Source: Puniceicoccales bacterium
Lineage (GTDB): Bacteria; Verrucomicrobiota; Verrucomicrobiia; Opitutales; JAIRKQ01
NCBI GenBank assembly: GCA_031283685.1
Contig: JAITBI010000033.1
Coordinates: 1 to 47,962, forward strand
DNA length: 47,962 bases
Direction: 5' to 3'
The position numbers and the translations under genes are program-made. Numbering within the stretch: position 1 is the first letter of the stretch; the number at the start of each line of letters is the position of its first letter. The notes under the pieces were generated by a model. The model was given only the letters and a program-made list of their open reading frames with translations, ran no database searches and was not told the DNA's origin. Shown piece after piece: positions 1 through 8,704 of this stretch.

Positions 1-1
1 G

Positions 2-97
2 GCATCTCAAGAATACAACATGACACTCAGCATGTTACAGGCTGTAATTGCTTCGGAAAATGAAGCTAAAAGAACGACAGCTGCCAACATACGATAA
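2..97 (+). CDS. 3' end of an unidentified CDS, 5' truncated by the window edge. Its tail tentatively resembles a type III secretion needle-filament family C-terminus.
   Basis: Frame 2 is open from the window edge to TAA at 95-97 (ASQEYNMTLSMLQAVIASENEAKRTTAANIR*). A strong intrinsic terminator begins 8 nt downstream. The EYN...N-I-R-stop spacing resembles PrgI/MxiH tails as recalled from memory. Confidence 0.45.
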   Translation, partial: ASQEYNMTLSMLQAVIASENEAKRTTAANIR

Positions 98-104
98 AAT
101 GTGG

Positions 105-146
105 AATTCGTTCGGTAGACAGACCGAACGAATTTTTTCTTTTTTC
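105..146 (+). terminator. Rho-independent terminator
   Basis: A perfect 12-bp stem, aattcgttcggt (105-116) pairing with accgaacgaatt (123-134), has a 6-nt loop agacag. It is followed by the T-run ttttttcttttttc, directly after the stop codon of the upstream partial CDS. Confidence 0.8.
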
Positions 147-222
147 AAGTACGGTTTATTTGTAGTGTCCTTTTGTATTGACTGTGTGAGCTCTAAAAGT
201 ATTCCCTTGCATCAAAAATGTC

Positions 223-297
223 GCTTGTGTAGTTCAATGGATAGAATGCTAGCCTCCGAAGTTGGTGATTCGGGTTCGACTCCCGACACGAGCGCCA
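223..297 (+). tRNA. tRNA-Arg (anticodon CCG)
   Basis: Hand-folded cloverleaf: acceptor GCTTGTG/CACGAGC, D arm GTTC/GAAT, anticodon stem CTAGC/GTTGG with loop CTCCGAA, T arm TCGGG-TTCGACT-CCCGA, discriminator G and an encoded CCA. Confidence 0.9.
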
Positions 298-472
298 TAT
301 TTCTTTGTGGGAGTTTTGTTGGCCATCGTAGGCATCGCTCACTCATCGTATCTTTCAATGAAGGGCAGGCACCTACCAAATTCATTAGGTTTATGACAGG
401 AAATACGAATGAGTTTCCCTTTTATTTTGCTCTTGCAAATTTTTTGCACCTAAGAATCGTTGCTCCCAGTTA

Positions 473-2251
473 ATGAAAGATAGAAGTCAACTCATTGGTT
501 TTACATTGATAATTTGTGCGTTTGTATTGATGTTTAAAAATGCCGCCGATCAAGCAAACCAAGCGAAAATTGCCAGCCAGAAAAATGAACAAATAGAAAT
601 TGTCCATAGCGAACCCGTAAATATCGAAATTGCTAGGAATTTTGACATTGGAATAAAGAATTTCACCGGGACTGAAAAAAATACAGGGGTCGAAAAAATT
701 TTTACACTAGAAAATGATGTCATCGGAGTCACTATTTCAGATCAAGGCGGCACGATAAAATCTACCGCACTAAAAAAATATCGATCCGTCCAGGATCGGC
801 CGGATGTTGTGGTTTTCAACGATGGTTGCACCATGCATGCAATGTCGTTGAGCTCAAGCAATGAACAGTTTTCCAAATTTATTCAATCCGAACGATTTGA
901 TGAGGTTTCGGTTGGGAAACACGATATCGTACTGTCAAAAACTTCCCCCGAAGGCCATACCGTAACCAGGCAATATCATCTGGTTCCCCGAGACAGCAAA
1001 GATTCAGACGGCTATGTTATCGAACACAAAATTCACATCGAAAATAACACCAATTCGCCACTAACTATCGGCAGTTTATCTTTATTCTTGGGTTCCATGC
1101 CAGCAACTGAGAGTGACGCCATGGGCGATTATTTAAACTTCGGGACATTTAATGGGAAAAAAGAAAATTTCATAAAGCTGAGGGATTTTAAAGAAAGTAA
1201 AGGATTTTTTGGGCTCGGGAAAAGGGCAGAACGAAAATTTATCTTCAGCGATAGGAAAATCCTCTGGGGTGCAATAAAGAATCAATTTTTTACGACAATT
1301 CTGACCCCGGAAGTGGAAGCAGATGGCTATGTCACATGCCCAATGCTTGTCCACGACAAATGCTCAAACGAACAGGAAGAAGGCATAGGAGCCTCGATGG
1401 TATTCAACGTTGGGGCCATCGATGGAGGGAAAAGTAAAACGCTTTCGTCGAGTATTTACATGGGGCCCAAGGACTTTTCCAGGCTGTCAAAATTGGGGAA
1501 AGAGCAGGACAGGGTGATGCAATTTGGCTTTTTCGGATCCATAAGTGAACTTCTACTGCGGTTGATGTTGGGGATTCATGCAATAATTCCAAATTGGGGA
1601 TGGACGATCATTGTACTTACAACAATGGTAAAGCTTCTGCTTTGGCCATTGACAAATGCTCAGGTTAAATCTTCTAAAAAAATGGCAGCCATCCAAAATC
1701 CCTTAAAAATAATCAAAGAGAAATATAAAAATAATCCGCAGAAACTGCAGGTGGAAACCCTAAAACTGTTTCGAGCAAATGGGATAAATCCAGCCGCCGG
1801 ATGTTTGCCAATATTCATCCAAATCCCAATTTTCTTTGGGCTCTACTACATGCTCCGCACGGCATCTGATTTGCGCTTTGCACACTTTTTGTGGATAAAA
1901 GATCTCTCACTGCCCGATACGGTCGCACACATTGGGCGCTTCCCCGTGAACATTTTACCATTGGTTATGGGAGTGACCATGTTTTGGCAAATGCATATGT
2001 CTCCAATGCCTACTTCGGATAATTCGCAAAAGTTAATGTTCAAACTGATGCCAGCCATCTTTTTTCTCTGTTGCTATAGCTTCCCATCCGGATTAGTATT
2101 ATATTGGACCGTGCAAAATTTGTTGACGATTGCTCAGCAATTTGCAACGTCATCTAGCAGTAAAATGCAGGATGAAAGCAATGTAAAAATTTCTACGGAG
2201 AAACAGAAATCGCGGCTACCGAAGCGAAAGGGAAAAAATGTCAGGACATAG
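473..2251 (+). CDS. yidC: Membrane protein insertase YidC
   Basis: 592 aa with an N-terminal TM segment and a large periplasmic domain. The conserved C-terminal core includes WGWTIIVLTTMVKLLLWPLT...KMAAIQNPLKIIKEKYKNNPQKLQVETLKLFRANGINPAAGCLPIFIQIPIFFGLYYML. Confidence 0.93.
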   Translation: MKDRSQLIGFTLIICAFVLMFKNAADQANQAKIASQKNEQIEIVHSEPVNIEIARNFDIGIKNFTGTEKNTGVEKIFTLENDVIGVTISDQGGTIKSTALKKYRSVQDRPDVVVFNDGCTMHAMSLSSSNEQFSKFIQSERFDEVSVGKHDIVLSKTSPEGHTVTRQYHLVPRDSKDSDGYVIEHKIHIENNTNSPLTIGSLSLFLGSMPATESDAMGDYLNFGTFNGKKENFIKLRDFKESKGFFGLGKRAERKFIFSDRKILWGAIKNQFFTTILTPEVEADGYVTCPMLVHDKCSNEQEEGIGASMVFNVGAIDGGKSKTLSSSIYMGPKDFSRLSKLGKEQDRVMQFGFFGSISELLLRLMLGIHAIIPNWGWTIIVLTTMVKLLLWPLTNAQVKSSKKMAAIQNPLKIIKEKYKNNPQKLQVETLKLFRANGINPAAGCLPIFIQIPIFFGLYYMLRTASDLRFAHFLWIKDLSLPDTVAHIGRFPVNILPLVMGVTMFWQMHMSPMPTSDNSQKLMFKLMPAIFFLCCYSFPSGLVLYWTVQNLLTIAQQFATSSSSKMQDESNVKISTEKQKSRLPKRKGKNVRT

Positions 2252-2978
2252 TAAATGGGCAACAACAAAGCGGCATAAGGCTGTTATCGATGCAAAGCGT
2301 GGGAAAATTTTTAGTACGCTGAGCAAAGATATATCCCTAGCTGCACGAGATGGTGGTAGTGATGTAAATTTTAATGCCAGACTAAGGGTCATTGTACAAA
2401 AGGCTAAAGAAGCTAACATGCCTGCCGACAATATCAAAAAGGCCATTCAAAAAGGTACGGGGGAATTGCCTGGAATGTCAATCGAAGAATTGACCTACGA
2501 AGGTTATATCGCGGGAGGAATTGGTGCGGTCATAGAAGTAACCACAGATAATAAAAACCGTGCTGCCGGCGAGATCCGTAGTGTACTGACCAAAGGCGGA
2601 GGGAATTTGGCAAGTCCCGGAGCATTGATGTTCAACTTCCAAAGAATGGGACAATTTTTCATATCCAAGGAGGTGGTAACTGAAAATAGGCTGATAGAAA
2701 TTGTACTAGATGCAGGGGCTGAAGATATTAAATCGGACGGCCCAGATTTCGAAGTACTGTGCCCGATTTCATCATATTACACCCTGGCCCAGGCGATAAT
2801 AGGAGCAAATATCAAATGTTTGTCATCCGAAATCGCATATATTCCTAATTCTATCATACAAATAACGGATGCAGAATTAGCTGCCAAGGTGTTAAAAACC
2901 ATTGAAAAACTAGAAGACTTGGATGATGTTAAGAGTGTTTTTGCCAATTTCGACATAGACGATTCAATTGAAACTTAA
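2238..2978 (+). CDS. yebC: YebC/PmpR family DNA-binding transcriptional regulator
   Basis: The N-terminus MSGHSKWATTKRHKAVIDAKRGKIFS is the hallmark of the family. The protein is 246 aa and overlaps the yidC stop by 14 nt. Confidence 0.93.
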   Translation: MSGHSKWATTKRHKAVIDAKRGKIFSTLSKDISLAARDGGSDVNFNARLRVIVQKAKEANMPADNIKKAIQKGTGELPGMSIEELTYEGYIAGGIGAVIEVTTDNKNRAAGEIRSVLTKGGGNLASPGALMFNFQRMGQFFISKEVVTENRLIEIVLDAGAEDIKSDGPDFEVLCPISSYYTLAQAIIGANIKCLSSEIAYIPNSIIQITDAELAAKVLKTIEKLEDLDDVKSVFANFDIDDSIET

Positions 2979-3004
2979 TGGGAGCGTTGGATCGTTTATG
3001 TCAC

Positions 3005-3859
3005 TTAAGAGACTAAATTTCGTGGGTTTTGCAAAAAAACAAATCTGTTTTTATCATTAAGGTCACGCATTGACTCAAATTTACCGAAATAGTTTTTGGC
3101 AAAACTTGCGATGGATTCATGCTGAGAGCCGTTTGTTTCCAGTATCAGTATGCCATCTTTGGTCAAAGACCTTCCGGCTGTACCAATGATTTTAAAAATA
3201 TCAGCTAGCCCATTATTTTGAGACACCAATGCAGATTTTGGTTCAAACTTTTTTATTTCATCTTGGGCGTTCTCAAATTCTTCATCGGTCAAATAGGGAG
3301 GATTTGAAATAATCATATCAAATGTCCCATCGATGCCCTCTAGCCAGTCGCTAACCATGAACCTAATGTTGGTTATTTCATTTCCTATGGCATTTTTTTG
3401 AGCCGTCGAAAGTGCATTTTGGCTTGCATCGACAGCCAAGATATTGGCTTTTGGAAAATGTTTCGCCAAAGCCAACCCAATCGCACCACTACCAGTTCCT
3501 AGGTCTAAAATTGATCCGATTGGTCTATTTCCAAAATGTGAAATGATTATATCTATGAGTTCCTCCGTTTCGTGCCTTGGTATTAAAACATTTCTGTCGA
3601 CTATGATAGATAAGCCATAAAAATCAACTTCACCGACAATATATTGCAATGGTTCACGATTCCCTCGCCTGAACAGCAGCTGCTGTAATTGAGGCAGCAG
3701 ATGTTCTTCCATACTGTCATGGAGACGCAGGCGAAGAGATAATCGATTACACCTGAATAAATATGACAGTAGCAGCTCAGCATCTAGCTTTGCGGCTGCA
3801 ATCCCTTTGCTTTTTAGAAAGTCTTCTGATTGCTTGAGAACTTCCGCTAGCGATGGCAT
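3005..3859 (-). CDS. prmC: Peptide chain release factor N5-glutamine methyltransferase
   Basis: SAM-binding motif ILDLGTGSGAIGLALA and catalytic NPPY motif (ISNPPY). 284 aa, typical HemK/PrmC length. Confidence 0.9.
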   Translation of the reverse strand: MPSLAEVLKQSEDFLKSKGIAAAKLDAELLLSYLFRCNRLSLRLRLHDSMEEHLLPQLQQLLFRRGNREPLQYIVGEVDFYGLSIIVDRNVLIPRHETEELIDIIISHFGNRPIGSILDLGTGSGAIGLALAKHFPKANILAVDASQNALSTAQKNAIGNEITNIRFMVSDWLEGIDGTFDMIISNPPYLTDEEFENAQDEIKKFEPKSALVSQNNGLADIFKIIGTAGRSLTKDGILILETNGSQHESIASFAKNYFGKFESMRDLNDKNRFVFLQNPRNLVS

Positions 3860-4668
3860 TTTGCTCGTAAAGTACGTTTTCGCCTCGCATGCCTAAATAT
3901 TCCCCAAAACACATACCCTAAGAATATTACGGACAATGCAACATCGCGTAATAGTACGACGAGCGACAGCACTGTCATTGTGATCAAAAACGTTCCCCAT
4001 TTGGCTTGCGTATTCCAATCGACCTTTTTAAAACTTGGGTAATAGACATTGCTGACCATCAACCAGGCAATCAACAGCATTAACGGAGGTAATATCAGGG
4101 ACCACGATTTTAAGTCATATTCATTGAGTATCAGCACAAGAGAAACGATAACCCCAGCGGCAGCGGGAACAGGTAACCCCAAAAAGTCATAGTTGTTTTT
4201 TTCCTGCTCAGCTTTTGAAAGTAGAGGGTGCGTTATCACGTTAAATCTCGCCAACCGTACACTGGCACACAGTAAATACAGCGACCCAAAAATCCAACCA
4301 ACTTGCCGGAAAAATGGAAATTGTTCTGTCGGTGATAGTATCATCAGAAATACCATAAGAGCTGGCGCTACCCCAAATGAGACCACATCAGCTATGGAAT
4401 CAAATTCTTTCCCAAAAAGAGATTCTTTTCCTCCCAATCTGGCGATCCTTCCATCCAATAAATCACATATTCCTGAGAGAAACACAAACCAAACGGCTTG
4501 CGTATAGTATGTTGTTGACATTGTTTCTGAAACTGAACAATACCGCGCCTGCATGGAACGAATTATGGATAAAAATCCAAAAAACAAATTTGACGCCGTG
4601 AACAGGCATGGTAGCAAGTAAATTTTACTAGCATCTGCCAAACTTATACTCTCACCTTTCACTTTCAT
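3847..4668 (-). CDS. pssA: CDP-diacylglycerol--serine O-phosphatidyltransferase (CDP-alcohol phosphatidyltransferase family)
   Basis: Motif DLLDGRIARLGGKESLFGKEFDSIADVVS matches D-x2-DG-x2-AR...G-x3-D-x3-D. The protein is multi-TM and its 3' end overlaps the prmC start by 13 nt. Confidence 0.88.
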   Translation of the reverse strand: MKVKGESISLADASKIYLLPCLFTASNLFFGFLSIIRSMQARYCSVSETMSTTYYTQAVWFVFLSGICDLLDGRIARLGGKESLFGKEFDSIADVVSFGVAPALMVFLMILSPTEQFPFFRQVGWIFGSLYLLCASVRLARFNVITHPLLSKAEQEKNNYDFLGLPVPAAAGVIVSLVLILNEYDLKSWSLILPPLMLLIAWLMVSNVYYPSFKKVDWNTQAKWGTFLITMTVLSLVVLLRDVALSVIFLGYVFWGIFRHARRKRTLRAKCHR

Positions 4669-4846
4669 TAGGATATATCTAATAAAAATTTACCAAGCCG
4701 CAAGTTAGAATGCTTATAAAAATACTCCATTTGCCATTTCCTATTGATTCTTACCATGGCACTACACCGTAAAACAAATCAGCAAATCACCGAAAGATCT
4801 CGAAACTAACTATTAATATTCGGACAACTTCACAATTGAAACGGTC

Positions 4847-5416
4847 CTATTGTATTGCGCGAATTACAATGTCACAACGTCTATCGAGTGCACAATCTGC
4901 TTTGTGCTGAACACTTTTATTTGCTTTTATTGAGCCGAGTGAAGCAGTGATGACCCTATTTTCGTCAATTCCCAGGGACACGAAAACGTCTCGGACAGCC
5001 TCCGCACGCCGTTTCCCAAGCGCATTATTGTATGATTCTTTCCCGAATTTATCGCAGTTTCCAACGACTAATATGCAAAGTGTTTTATCTTTTATGAAAA
5101 CTTTGGCTATTTCAACTATTTTGATCAGTTCAGCTCTCAAAATCTTTGAACTGTCGAAACTGAAATACACGGATTCGAGCACATCCGCCGCCGTATAATT
5201 GTATTCTGTTTTTTGAGCATCAAATCCATGGGCGACAAAGTTATTTCCTTCCTCATCATCTTTATTTATAAAACATTCGTCTGAGCAATTTTTTTCTGTT
5301 ACTATCGTATCCTGAGGTGACAAAGATTCATTTGTGGAAAAGTCAAAAGAAGAACATCCAGCAATGGCAAAAATCAAACCCAATGTACAAATATTCCTTA
5401 TATACCTATCCGACAT
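4847..5416 (-). CDS. OmpA-family peptidoglycan-associated lipoprotein (Pal-like)
   Basis: Lipobox IAGC after a signal peptide. C-terminal OmpA-like domain: NNALGKRRAEAVRDVFVSLGIDENRV...DRRCDIVI. Confidence 0.8.
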   Translation of the reverse strand: MSDRYIRNICTLGLIFAIAGCSSFDFSTNESLSPQDTIVTEKNCSDECFINKDDEEGNNFVAHGFDAQKTEYNYTAADVLESVYFSFDSSKILRAELIKIVEIAKVFIKDKTLCILVVGNCDKFGKESYNNALGKRRAEAVRDVFVSLGIDENRVITASLGSIKANKSVQHKADCALDRRCDIVIRAIQ

Positions 5417-5541
5417 GACTAGAGGCTATACTATCAACCACTGCACCATGTCAATTATAATTATCTTATTCGTTGATTTTTCGTGAAAATTTTATTATTC
5501 CTTAAAAGGAAAAGGTTATTGAGTTTTTAACCGCAGATATA

Positions 5542-7779
5542 ATGCAACTACAGGATCGGCCACAGCGTGATTTTTTTGCCGAAGAAATTGCTAAAAATTT
5601 TTCCGTGATTGCATCTGCTGGGGCTGGAAAGACAACGGCAATTACTGAAAGAATTGCAAATCTTGCCATGCAGGATTTATACGCGTGTTCCCAAAGAGCC
5701 TCGCAAATGAAAAAATTGGTCGCTGTTACATACACAGAAAAAGCGGCAAAGGAAATCAAAGATCGCGTTTTTCATAAAATTTTCCAAAAAACTGAGCATT
5801 CGTATCAAATGAGGGAAGTCTGCATGCAATATCTGGAATCGGCGTTTTTTGGAACCATCCATGCATTTGCTTCAAAATTTTTAAAATCCCATTGTGCCCT
5901 GGTCGGTTTGCGCAATGATTTTAAAATTATCTCCAATGAAGAATCTCTTTGGGAAGAATTCATAGCTTCCACAGGAAATGTGCTGAAAGTTATCCCCGAG
6001 GAAATTCAGAATGATTTTTTGTGTACGCACGATGTTGATAAATTATTGGTTTATGCTCGAAACTATAATTCTACGAACCTGTCAAATTCAGTGGATATTG
6101 CTCCAGTGCCGGCCATCAACGTCGATAATATTTTGGCCTATAAAGCTAAAGGCAATGAAAGCAAAAGTGTGCACTTTTTGCATTTGTTAGGCGAATGGGA
6201 TCTTTTTCGGAAAAGCGGTGACTATTTTCCCATGCCAGATTGTGCTGAAATTTGCAATAGCCATGGTCTGATCGAATTATGCCAATCGGAATTGAAAAAT
6301 TTTCTCCATTGGAAACAAAATTCCGGAAAGTTTTTCACTGCAAATATTGTCCGCCTGTATAGGGATTTTCGCATCACGAAAGGACAGCTGAAGTATGAAG
6401 ATTTGATCAACTTATCCATAGATCTTCTCAAACATTCAACGGTAATAGGAGAAATAGAAAATGATCCCTACCGTGTGATTTTAGATGAAGCACAGGATAC
6501 GGATATACAACAGTTTAGGTTACTTCTTGGAGTTTCCCAAAGAAATCTCCGCGAAGGAATTTCAATGGACATATTGAAAAACTTTCCCGAACATGGTCAT
6601 TTTTCAATGGTAGGTGACCCCCAACAATCCATCTACTGCAGCCGAGCGGACATCAATACCTATGTGGATTTACATAATTCGCTAGTAAAATCCAGTGCTG
6701 CCCATGAGTTGACATTCTTTGTTACCATGCGGTGCTCCGAAGCAATAACAAATTTTGTAAATGACAGATTTCAGACCATTTTCAATGACATAAAATTCGT
6801 TCCACTAGTTCCCAAGCCTGGCTGCCAATCAGGGGATGTTAAAATTCTAAAACTACGGAAGCAAACGGAAGGAAATACCCACTCATCGGCATCTCAAACG
6901 GCAACGCTTTTTCTTGGGAAAAAGCCTGGGGATTTCGAAGTAGAAAATTGGTCAGATATCGCAATTTTAGCCCCTAGAAAGGATTGGTTGGCAGACATTC
7001 ACCGATGTTTCATTGCCAATAAAGACCTCCCGTGTGCCCAATTACATTTTGAAAGTACAAACGGCAATGGCGCCTTTCCAATTCGTTGGCTAGCGTCTTG
7101 TTTAAGGTATATAAATAACCCCGCCGATCGGCGCGAATTTGCGGGCATCTTACGGGAAATTTTTGGAATCAAAAGCCAAGAAATTATAAACTATTTCAGG
7201 CATAAAAATAGCCAAGTTTGCGCAAAAATCGACGCTGAGTTTGCTGACCTGCGCAGTGAAAGATATGATACTTCGTTGGCAAAGTTTCTATTAAAAATTT
7301 TAGATCGGCTTAAAATTTTCCACCGCATTTCTTCCCTTAACATTTATACCGAAAAGAATTTGTTGACCAAAATAAAGCAAACGATTGAATTATGCTACTT
7401 CTCCGAATCACAACGGATGAATATTGTAGAAGCGGAACGGTTCTTAACGGACAAAATTGACACATTAAAAGAACCAGACAGCGTCAATACCTCTGCCGTA
7501 CAATTTGTGACATTTCACAAAAGCAAAGGCTTGGAATGGCCAGTGGTTATATTGCCATTTATGTACCGTAGACGTCAGTTTAAAGATGATATTGATACAA
7601 AATCATTGCCCAAGGAACAACATTTTGTGGAATTATACGCCAATGAATGTCGCCTGCTGTATGTGGCATGCACACGAGCTAAAAATAAGCTCCTAATATT
7701 AGATGACTCCGAAATTTTTGATGAAAAAATATTGCCCCACATGGTTTTATCTGGGAAAATTTTACTGGGAACTAATTGA
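5542..7779 (+). CDS. UvrD/REP (AddA/RecB-like) superfamily 1 DNA helicase
   Basis: Walker A ASAGAGKTT, motif Ia VTYTEKAAKEIKDR, Walker B ILDEAQDTD, motif III VGDPQQSIY. Also FHKSKGLEWPVVILP and motif VI LLYVACTRAKNKLLIL. Confidence 0.85.
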   Translation: MQLQDRPQRDFFAEEIAKNFSVIASAGAGKTTAITERIANLAMQDLYACSQRASQMKKLVAVTYTEKAAKEIKDRVFHKIFQKTEHSYQMREVCMQYLESAFFGTIHAFASKFLKSHCALVGLRNDFKIISNEESLWEEFIASTGNVLKVIPEEIQNDFLCTHDVDKLLVYARNYNSTNLSNSVDIAPVPAINVDNILAYKAKGNESKSVHFLHLLGEWDLFRKSGDYFPMPDCAEICNSHGLIELCQSELKNFLHWKQNSGKFFTANIVRLYRDFRITKGQLKYEDLINLSIDLLKHSTVIGEIENDPYRVILDEAQDTDIQQFRLLLGVSQRNLREGISMDILKNFPEHGHFSMVGDPQQSIYCSRADINTYVDLHNSLVKSSAAHELTFFVTMRCSEAITNFVNDRFQTIFNDIKFVPLVPKPGCQSGDVKILKLRKQTEGNTHSSASQTATLFLGKKPGDFEVENWSDIAILAPRKDWLADIHRCFIANKDLPCAQLHFESTNGNGAFPIRWLASCLRYINNPADRREFAGILREIFGIKSQEIINYFRHKNSQVCAKIDAEFADLRSERYDTSLAKFLLKILDRLKIFHRISSLNIYTEKNLLTKIKQTIELCYFSESQRMNIVEAERFLTDKIDTLKEPDSVNTSAVQFVTFHKSKGLEWPVVILPFMYRRRQFKDDIDTKSLPKEQHFVELYANECRLLYVACTRAKNKLLILDDSEIFDEKILPHMVLSGKILLGTN

Positions 7780-7858
7780 AATATTTTACCGTGGTGGAAC
7801 ATGCACTTTCCAAAAAACAGCACGAATTTGACTCACATGGATATACCCTTTATGGGGG

Positions 7859-8671
7859 TCATACCTTCGCCGGTAGACGTTTCGTAGCCTTCCAGAGGTA
7901 TAGGCAATCGGAAATTATTTGAGGGAAATCTTTGAGAACAATTTGATTAGCCGCATCACAGGTAGCTTTTGCCGGATCGGGATGTATTTCAAAAAATAGA
8001 CCATCCGCACCACTTGCAAGTGCTGCCTTTGCCAGAGTAGGAACGAAGGTTCTTTCTCCACCCGTACAATCTTGGTTTGCACCGGGCAATTGTACGCTAT
8101 GTGTGGCATCGAAGATTGTTGGGCATTCATTCGACTTCATGATTGTGAATGAACGCATGTCGACAACCAGGTTATTGTATCCAAAAGTTGTCCCACGCTC
8201 AATCTGCCAAATTTCCTGGGCCTTCGATTCTTTGAGCTTACTGACAACATGTTTCATTTCATGAGGAGAAAGAAATTGTCCTTTTTTAACGGAGACTATC
8301 TTCTTTGTCTTGGCAGCAGCCATTAAAATATCCGTTTGCCTGCATAGAAATGCAGGGATCTGCAATACATCGCAAATTTCTGATACGGGAGCTGCCTGCT
8401 CTGGTAAGTGAATATCGGTGGTAACAGGCAGGCCATGGCGATTTTTGACTTCTCCAAGTAGCCTAAGCCCTTCCCTGATACCCACACCCCGTTCACTGTA
8501 AATCGATGTCCTGTTAGCCTTATCAAAGGATCCCTTGAACACGATTTTGAGATCTGGGAATTTACTCCGCAATGCCACAAGACATTCGGCTGTGGAAAAT
8601 GTTACATCCTCATTTTCTAGGGAACAGGGGCCCGCTATTAGCAACAATTTGTTTTCTTCAAAAAACATCAA
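7859..8671 (-). CDS. kdsA: 3-deoxy-8-phosphooctulonate (KDO-8-P) synthase
   Basis: Collinear with E. coli KdsA: KGSFDKANRTS, LQIPAFLCRQTD, VKKGQF, FGYNNLVVDMRS, FDATHS, FFEIHPDP. Confidence 0.93.
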   Translation of the reverse strand: MMFFEENKLLLIAGPCSLENEDVTFSTAECLVALRSKFPDLKIVFKGSFDKANRTSIYSERGVGIREGLRLLGEVKNRHGLPVTTDIHLPEQAAPVSEICDVLQIPAFLCRQTDILMAAAKTKKIVSVKKGQFLSPHEMKHVVSKLKESKAQEIWQIERGTTFGYNNLVVDMRSFTIMKSNECPTIFDATHSVQLPGANQDCTGGERTFVPTLAKAALASGADGLFFEIHPDPAKATCDAANQIVLKDFPQIISDCLYLWKATKRLPAKV

Positions 8672-8704
8672 TGCTTACCGAGGTTGAAAAATTTCGCCAA
8701 CGAA

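Noticed and set aside
48-473. 141-aa ORF upstream of yidC
   Set aside because: It runs straight through the tRNA-Arg gene (223-297) and the terminator, and has no motif. It is an artefact of an open frame in non-coding DNA.
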